NCBI GenBank assembly: GCA_018674305.1
Contig: JABHAL010000004.1
Span: forward strand, 256,446-320,445
DNA: 64,000 nucleotides
Direction of reading: 5' to 3'
DNA from: Candidatus Falkowbacteria bacterium
Lineage (GTDB): Bacteria > Patescibacteriota > Patescibacteriia > UBA11705 > JABHMO01
The notes under the pieces are model-generated. The model saw only the letters and a list, made by a program, of their open reading frames with translations. It did not search any database and was not told the origin of the DNA. The position numbers and the translations under genes are program-made. Shown piece after piece: positions 59,066 to 64,000 of the stretch (its first letter is position 1; every line of letters begins with the position of its first letter).

Positions 59066-60043
59066 TTACAATCCAATAACTTTCCTAACCTGTTCCATTT
59101 TCTTTTCAGCTAATTTCTTCGCTCGCTGGGCACCATCTGCTAATATAGAATCAATTTCTTTGTCCGAAATAGAATTAAATTTTTTCTGAATTGGTTCAAC
59201 AAACTCAACTACTCTTTCCGCCAATTCAGATTTGAAATCGCCATAACCTTTACCCTTGAATTCCTTTTCAATTTCAGGGGCCTCTTTGCCAGTGACTAAA
59301 TGATAAATGGTCATTAAATTGGCAAGAGCTGGACGTTTATTGGGATCGAATTTGATATCTGTACCAGAATCAGTTACAGCTTTTTTTATTTTTTTGCGAA
59401 TCAGGTCAGAGTCATCACTCAAGGCAATGTAATTATTTTCAGAAGTTGCTGATTTGCTCATCTTTTTTTCTGGATTATCTAAACCTTTAAGTCGTGCAGA
59501 AACCTTATTGATTTTTCCTTCTGGTAAAATAAATACGTCACCATAAAGATTGTTGAATTTTTTGGCAATTGTTCGTGCCAGTTCTACGTGTTGTAATTGA
59601 TCTTCACCAACTGGAACCACGTTCGTATCGTAAAGTAGAATGTCGGCTGCCATTAGACATGGATAGGTGAATAAGCCGGAATTTACATTTTGTTTGTGCT
59701 GTTCGGATTTGTCTTTGTATTGTGTCATGCGTTCCAATTCCGCAATTGGGGTTACGCAATTCAAAAACCAACCTAGTTCAACATGCTCCTTTACATCTGA
59801 CTGTCTGAATACAATATTTTTTTTGGGATCCAGGCCGGAAGCAATGTAAATTTTTGCCAAGTCGTAAATATTTCTATTTAATTTTTTTGGATCTTGATGA
59901 ACTGTTAGCGCATGCAGATCTACAATTGAGAAAATAGAGTCATATTCCTTTTGTAATTCTAGCCAATTATAAATAGCCCCGAAATAATTTCCTAGGTGAA
60001 TAATACCTGTTGGTTGGATACCGCTGAAGATTCGTTTAGACAT
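59066..60043 (-). CDS. trpS: Tryptophan--tRNA ligase
   Basis: SGIQPTG.IHLGNY, YP.LMAADIL, VPVGEDQ.QH, KMSKS. Confidence 0.97.
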   Translation of the reverse strand: MSKRIFSGIQPTGIIHLGNYFGAIYNWLELQKEYDSIFSIVDLHALTVHQDPKKLNRNIYDLAKIYIASGLDPKKNIVFRQSDVKEHVELGWFLNCVTPIAELERMTQYKDKSEQHKQNVNSGLFTYPCLMAADILLYDTNVVPVGEDQLQHVELARTIAKKFNNLYGDVFILPEGKINKVSARLKGLDNPEKKMSKSATSENNYIALSDDSDLIRKKIKKAVTDSGTDIKFDPNKRPALANLMTIYHLVTGKEAPEIEKEFKGKGYGDFKSELAERVVEFVEPIQKKFNSISDKEIDSILADGAQRAKKLAEKKMEQVRKVIGL

Positions 60044-60361
60044 AAGTGAGTACTGATTATACTGATATACTGATAAATCATGTAGATCAGCATTAAATGA
60101 CGTAAATCATGTATTGATTATATGCTATATAAAAACTTTACTACAATTTGTATTATAGCAAAACTCATGATTTAAATCAAAAACCCCACCTCGGTAAAAC
60201 CTGGGTGGGGGTTTTTTATTTGAATTTTCAATTATTCAATTACCAATTTACAATAAATTTTCAGTTACAGAATTTTCAATTGTCTATCCGTTGAGTTTGA
60301 AAATTGAAAATTGGTGATTTAATGAAAATTGTAAAATTGTAAATCGTAAATTTTTTCGAGT

Positions 60362-62161
60362 CTAAACTTCTATAACCACTGGAATAACCATTGGTCGGCG
60401 TTTGGTTTTTTTCCAGAGTAGGTCGCCAACATGATCGCGCAATTTGTTTTTCAGTAACATTGGATCAAAGTTTTTGTTTTTAGTTTTGCCAACTGTTTTG
60501 CGTACCAGATTACGAGCATCTTCAATAAGTTGCCGGCTTTCTTTCATGTAGACAAAGCCACGTGAAATTATATCAGGACTACCTACCAATTCGCCAGTTT
60601 TGCGTTTTGCTGTAACAATAACTACAAACATACCATCTTCAGACATCATCCTTCTGTCGCGAAGAACTATGGATGAAACATCACCTACTCCGAGGCCGTC
60701 AACCATTACGTATTCAGTTGGTACTTTCTCGGCAGTTAATTTACCGCTGGCTTCTTTCTGATGTGGACCCTTCATAAATTCCATAACCTGACCATTGGAA
60801 GCAATAAAAATGTTATCTTTCGGGGTTCCAATATTTTCAGCAATTTCTCCGTGAATCCGAAGCATGAAATGATTGCCTTCAATTGGAATGAAATATTTAG
60901 GGTTAAGCAATTTAATGATTAAGCGTAAATCTTCAGCTTTGGCATGACCACCAGCATGGATGTCCATGTTTTGATAATGAAAAACTTTTCCGCCATTGCG
61001 GTAGATTGTATCTTTCAAGCTTTGAATTGTTCGTTCATTTCCAGGAATAACTGAAGATGAGAAAACTACACTGTCACCCTCCTTAATTTTAAGAAATTTA
61101 TGGTCTGAATTAGCAATTCTCATTAATACAGCATTTTCTTCTCCTTGCGCGCCAGTGCCCATTACCATTACCTTATTATCAGGTAAGCGCTTGAATTCTT
61201 TTTCTTCAATGATTGTTCCTTTCTTGATTTTTATAATCTGAAGACTTCGAGCAATATCCAGATTGGTGTTCATGCTTCTTCCTTCAACCAGAACTTTTCG
61301 ATTATATTTCTCGGCCAATTCTAATAACTGTTGCATTCGATTAATCATCGAAGCAAATGTGCCGACAATTATTCTGCCATGGGCTTGTAAAAATATTTTT
61401 TCTAGATCGCCAGTAATTTCAGTTTCTGATAACTGATATCCAGAGTGTGGTGCGTCGGTACTGTCGGATAGAAGTGCAAGAACACCGCGGGCTCCAATCT
61501 GAGCAACTCGGCTCAAGTCCATTGGTTTGTCATTTACTGGGTTAAAGTCAATTTTGAAATCGCCAGTGTGGACGACTGTTCCTACTGGGGTGTTTACAAC
61601 AACACCAAAACTATCAGGGATGCTGTGAGTAACTCTAAAAAATTCAACACTAAATTTACCTAGCTGAATTTTGTCTTTGTCTGGCGCAATTTTTTGAATC
61701 ACAAGAGGAGTCGTTTTGTATTCTTCGTGTCGACGCTTTACTAGTTCTGCTGTAAGTGGGGCAGTGTAAATTGTTGGATTGCCTAACTTTGGACATAAGT
61801 GGGATATTGCGCCAATATGATCATAATGTCCATGTGTAATGACAACACCGCGAATGTTTTTTGCTCTAGTTTCCAAATAGGTAATATCTGGAATGATATA
61901 ATCTATTCCTGGCATGTTTTCTTCAGGAAATTGTAATCCCATATCAATGATGACAATATCATCACCATATTCTAGGACTGTCATGTTTCGACCAACCTCT
62001 TCTAGTCCACCCATAACCATAATTCTTAGTTTTGGTTGGATTTTGTTTTGTGTGATTGGTCTATGTTTGTTTGCACCGTGCCTTTTGGTAGGCCGGTTTC
62101 TGTGTTTGCTTTGGTTCCCGGGCACTCTAGGTGGCCGAGGACTGGTTTTTGTATTAACCAT
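60362..62161 (-). CDS. rnj: Ribonuclease J
   Basis: GGLEEVGRNM, THGHYDHIG, HSIPD, HTGDFK, HAGGH, VDG.GVGD, RRPMVIPV. Confidence 0.95.
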   Translation of the reverse strand: MVNTKTSPRPPRVPGNQSKHRNRPTKRHGANKHRPITQNKIQPKLRIMVMGGLEEVGRNMTVLEYGDDIVIIDMGLQFPEENMPGIDYIIPDITYLETRAKNIRGVVITHGHYDHIGAISHLCPKLGNPTIYTAPLTAELVKRRHEEYKTTPLVIQKIAPDKDKIQLGKFSVEFFRVTHSIPDSFGVVVNTPVGTVVHTGDFKIDFNPVNDKPMDLSRVAQIGARGVLALLSDSTDAPHSGYQLSETEITGDLEKIFLQAHGRIIVGTFASMINRMQQLLELAEKYNRKVLVEGRSMNTNLDIARSLQIIKIKKGTIIEEKEFKRLPDNKVMVMGTGAQGEENAVLMRIANSDHKFLKIKEGDSVVFSSSVIPGNERTIQSLKDTIYRNGGKVFHYQNMDIHAGGHAKAEDLRLIIKLLNPKYFIPIEGNHFMLRIHGEIAENIGTPKDNIFIASNGQVMEFMKGPHQKEASGKLTAEKVPTEYVMVDGLGVGDVSSIVLRDRRMMSEDGMFVVIVTAKRKTGELVGSPDIISRGFVYMKESRQLIEDARNLVRKTVGKTKNKNFDPMLLKNKLRDHVGDLLWKKTKRRPMVIPVVIEV

Positions 62162-62405
62162 AAATTAGTTTCGGGCAGAACCATTAGTAACTATAAGGAA
62201 GTTCCGTATCAGTTAATTTTTTTCTGCACGATGAAGTTTTAATTATTGTTTTTAATTAACAAAATAAGCAGCGTTTGAAACGCGTAAGCTTTGGTTTGAT
62301 TTTTTATATAGAAGTGTTTTTGATTCGTTTAAATTATACTATAGGTTCTCCGAAGTTACAAGATTTTTCTTTGCTGCTAGGCCAACTGATCTTGTAATTT
62401 TGTAG

Positions 62406-64000
62406 CTATTTACCCCACTTTCGGTCAGTTTTAATGTACCATTCATTTATCAAGGAGAAGCGATTGGCTGGAATAATAATATTAGAAGTATTAAAGCCTT
62501 TAATTTTTTTGTTTTGCGGGTAAGTATAGGTCGGGTTGAAAAGGAAAATAGCAGGAACGGTTTCCGCAATGATTGTTTGGAACTGTTTGTACTTTTCCGC
62601 TCGTTGTTTGTCATCACTGGTTTTCCGCGCACTTTCTAATAGGGTATCGACATCAGGATGATTGAGTGAAGTTAAGTTTAACCCAGGGTAAGATCGTTGA
62701 CTTGAGTGCCAAAACGGGTATGGGTCAGGATCATGTCCTAATATTTGACCATACAGAAGGGCCTGATAGCTGCGATCTTTAATAGTTTCCTGTATTTTGT
62801 TTGGTTCAATGATTATTAAGTCGATTTTAGCACCGATTTGTTGCCATTCTTTTTGTAATTCTTTAACAATTTTGACATTTTCTGGTTGGTTGACAGTTGT
62901 TAGCTCAAACTCAAAATAGCGGTCGCCCTTTTTTCGGACAGGGTAGGCGTAAGCTTCTTTGGCGGATACACCTTCTTCATTGATTGTTTCATCACTTTCG
63001 CCTTCAGCTTTTGGTTCCTCATAATCTGCTAATTTCCAGCCTGCTTTTTCGAGTTCTGTTCGTGCGTGTTGTACGTTGAAAGGATATTTAACAATATCGG
63101 GATTGTACCCCAGAGTGTTAGGCAAAATGCAAGCGTCAATAATTTGGGCTTCTGCGTTTAGAATTTCATTAACAATTTTTTCTTTATTAACTGAGTGAGT
63201 TAGAATTTTTCGAATACCTAAATCTTTTAAAACTGGATTTTGGTCATAGTTAAAGAAAACACTGGTGTATTGAGGCAAGTGAAGTAAGTTGAAATTTAAG
63301 TTTCGATTATTTATGATTCTGGCTCGAATCTCTTTTGGTAGGTAGCTGATCCCGTCAACTTTTTTGTTATTTAGAGCTTCAACTGCTTGTTCAAAGTTTT
63401 CGTAAAATTTAAGATCTATTTTTTCGATGAAGGGTGTATTTATATAATAATTTTCATTGGCAACAAGTTCAAAGTTTTTGATTTGGCCATTTTTGTTTTT
63501 CAGTAGGGAATTAAATTCAAACGGGCCACTGCCGATTGGCTTTAGATTATATTCAGCCAGCATCATGTTTTCTGGGACAATATTTTTCCAAATGTGTTCA
63601 GGTAAAATACCAGTGGTTAAACTTTCCAGAAATGGAGCAAAGGGTTTTTCTAGGGAAAAGCGTACAGTGAACTCGTCGATTTGGTCTATGATAATTCCTT
63701 GAAAATTGTAATATAAAGGAGTTTTAGTTTGAGTGTTTTTAATTCGGTCGAATGTGAATATCACATCTTCCGCGTTTAGATTTTCTCCATCGTGCCATTT
63801 GATGTCTTGTCGTAAATTGAAAGTATAGACCAGCTGATCGTTGCTGAGTTGATAACTATCTAATAGGTCTTTGGTTAATCCTTGGTCGGTATATTTGAAT
63901 AATCCTGAATAAACCAAAGTTGAGATATCAAGGTCTACATCACTGGCTCGAGAAAACAGGGGATTGATATAGCGAGGTGAGCCAACTAATCCTTCGGTAT
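62406..64000 (-). CDS. Peptide ABC transporter substrate-binding protein (family 5); 5' end lies beyond the window
   Basis: Frame open to the window edge (YTEGLVGSPRYINPL); F.LR....WHDG....A.DV.FT, PIGSGPF, DPDPYPFWHSSQ. Confidence 0.9.
   Translation of the reverse strand, partial: TEGLVGSPRYINPLFSRASDVDLDISTLVYSGLFKYTDQGLTKDLLDSYQLSNDQLVYTFNLRQDIKWHDGENLNAEDVIFTFDRIKNTQTKTPLYYNFQGIIIDQIDEFTVRFSLEKPFAPFLESLTTGILPEHIWKNIVPENMMLAEYNLKPIGSGPFEFNSLLKNKNGQIKNFELVANENYYINTPFIEKIDLKFYENFEQAVEALNNKKVDGISYLPKEIRARIINNRNLNFNLLHLPQYTSVFFNYDQNPVLKDLGIRKILTHSVNKEKIVNEILNAEAQIIDACILPNTLGYNPDIVKYPFNVQHARTELEKAGWKLADYEEPKAEGESDETINEEGVSAKEAYAYPVRKKGDRYFEFELTTVNQPENVKIVKELQKEWQQIGAKIDLIIIEPNKIQETIKDRSYQALLYGQILGHDPDPYPFWHSSQRSYPGLNLTSLNHPDVDTLLESARKTSDDKQRAEKYKQFQTIIAETVPAIFLFNPTYTYPQNKKIKGFNTSNIIIPANRFSLINEWYIKTDRKWGK

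Noticed and set aside
1-64000. Alternative genetic code (UGA=Gly as in Gracilibacteria/Absconditabacteria)
   Set aside because: Core genes are full length in code 11, and TGA ends rpoC and murE. The only split gene is explained by a 7-bp duplication.
1-64000. tRNA, rRNA, tmRNA or SRP RNA genes
   Set aside because: No cloverleaf, T-loop or other conserved signature was seen in the intergenic regions by eye. tRNAscan-SE or Infernal would confirm.

Overview
AT-rich bacterial chromosome segment in standard genetic code 11. It most likely comes from a Patescibacteria/CPR (Parcubacteria-like) genome; this is inferred from three TrmB-type regulators, a DUF4012 protein, a stand-alone SWIB protein, a Trm11-like methyltransferase and scattered housekeeping genes. 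Core genes are rpsA, gyrA, nrnA, rbfA, murE, rpoB, rpoC, ftsH, infB, trxA, trxB, gdhA, rnhB, leuS (with an inserted Nudix domain), rnpB, trpS, rnj and a peptide ABC substrate-binding protein cut by the window edge. A minus-strand glycosylation locus holds a priming sugar transferase, three GT4 enzymes, a DUF4012 protein and an Ig-like protein. Between the core genes sit about 20 self-contained one- to three-gene ORFan units. They typically share a near-consensus sigma70 promoter, a boxA-like motif, a strong GGAG(G) Shine-Dalgarno (SD) and an intrinsic terminator, whereas nearly all core genes have no SD. Other highlights are a micro-operon of proteins under 60 aa (one ArfA-like), a leader-peptide/hairpin-controlled GPGGxxCxCC protein and a candidate sRNA with an anti-SD loop. 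There is also a 5x CCCH zinc-finger repeat protein, a GGDEF gene split by a 7-bp duplication, and two REP-associated tyrosine transposases. REP-like palindromes lie in intergenic DNA, in frame inside murE and gdhA, and probably in RNase P RNA. All family calls come from motif recognition by eye; no database searches were run.
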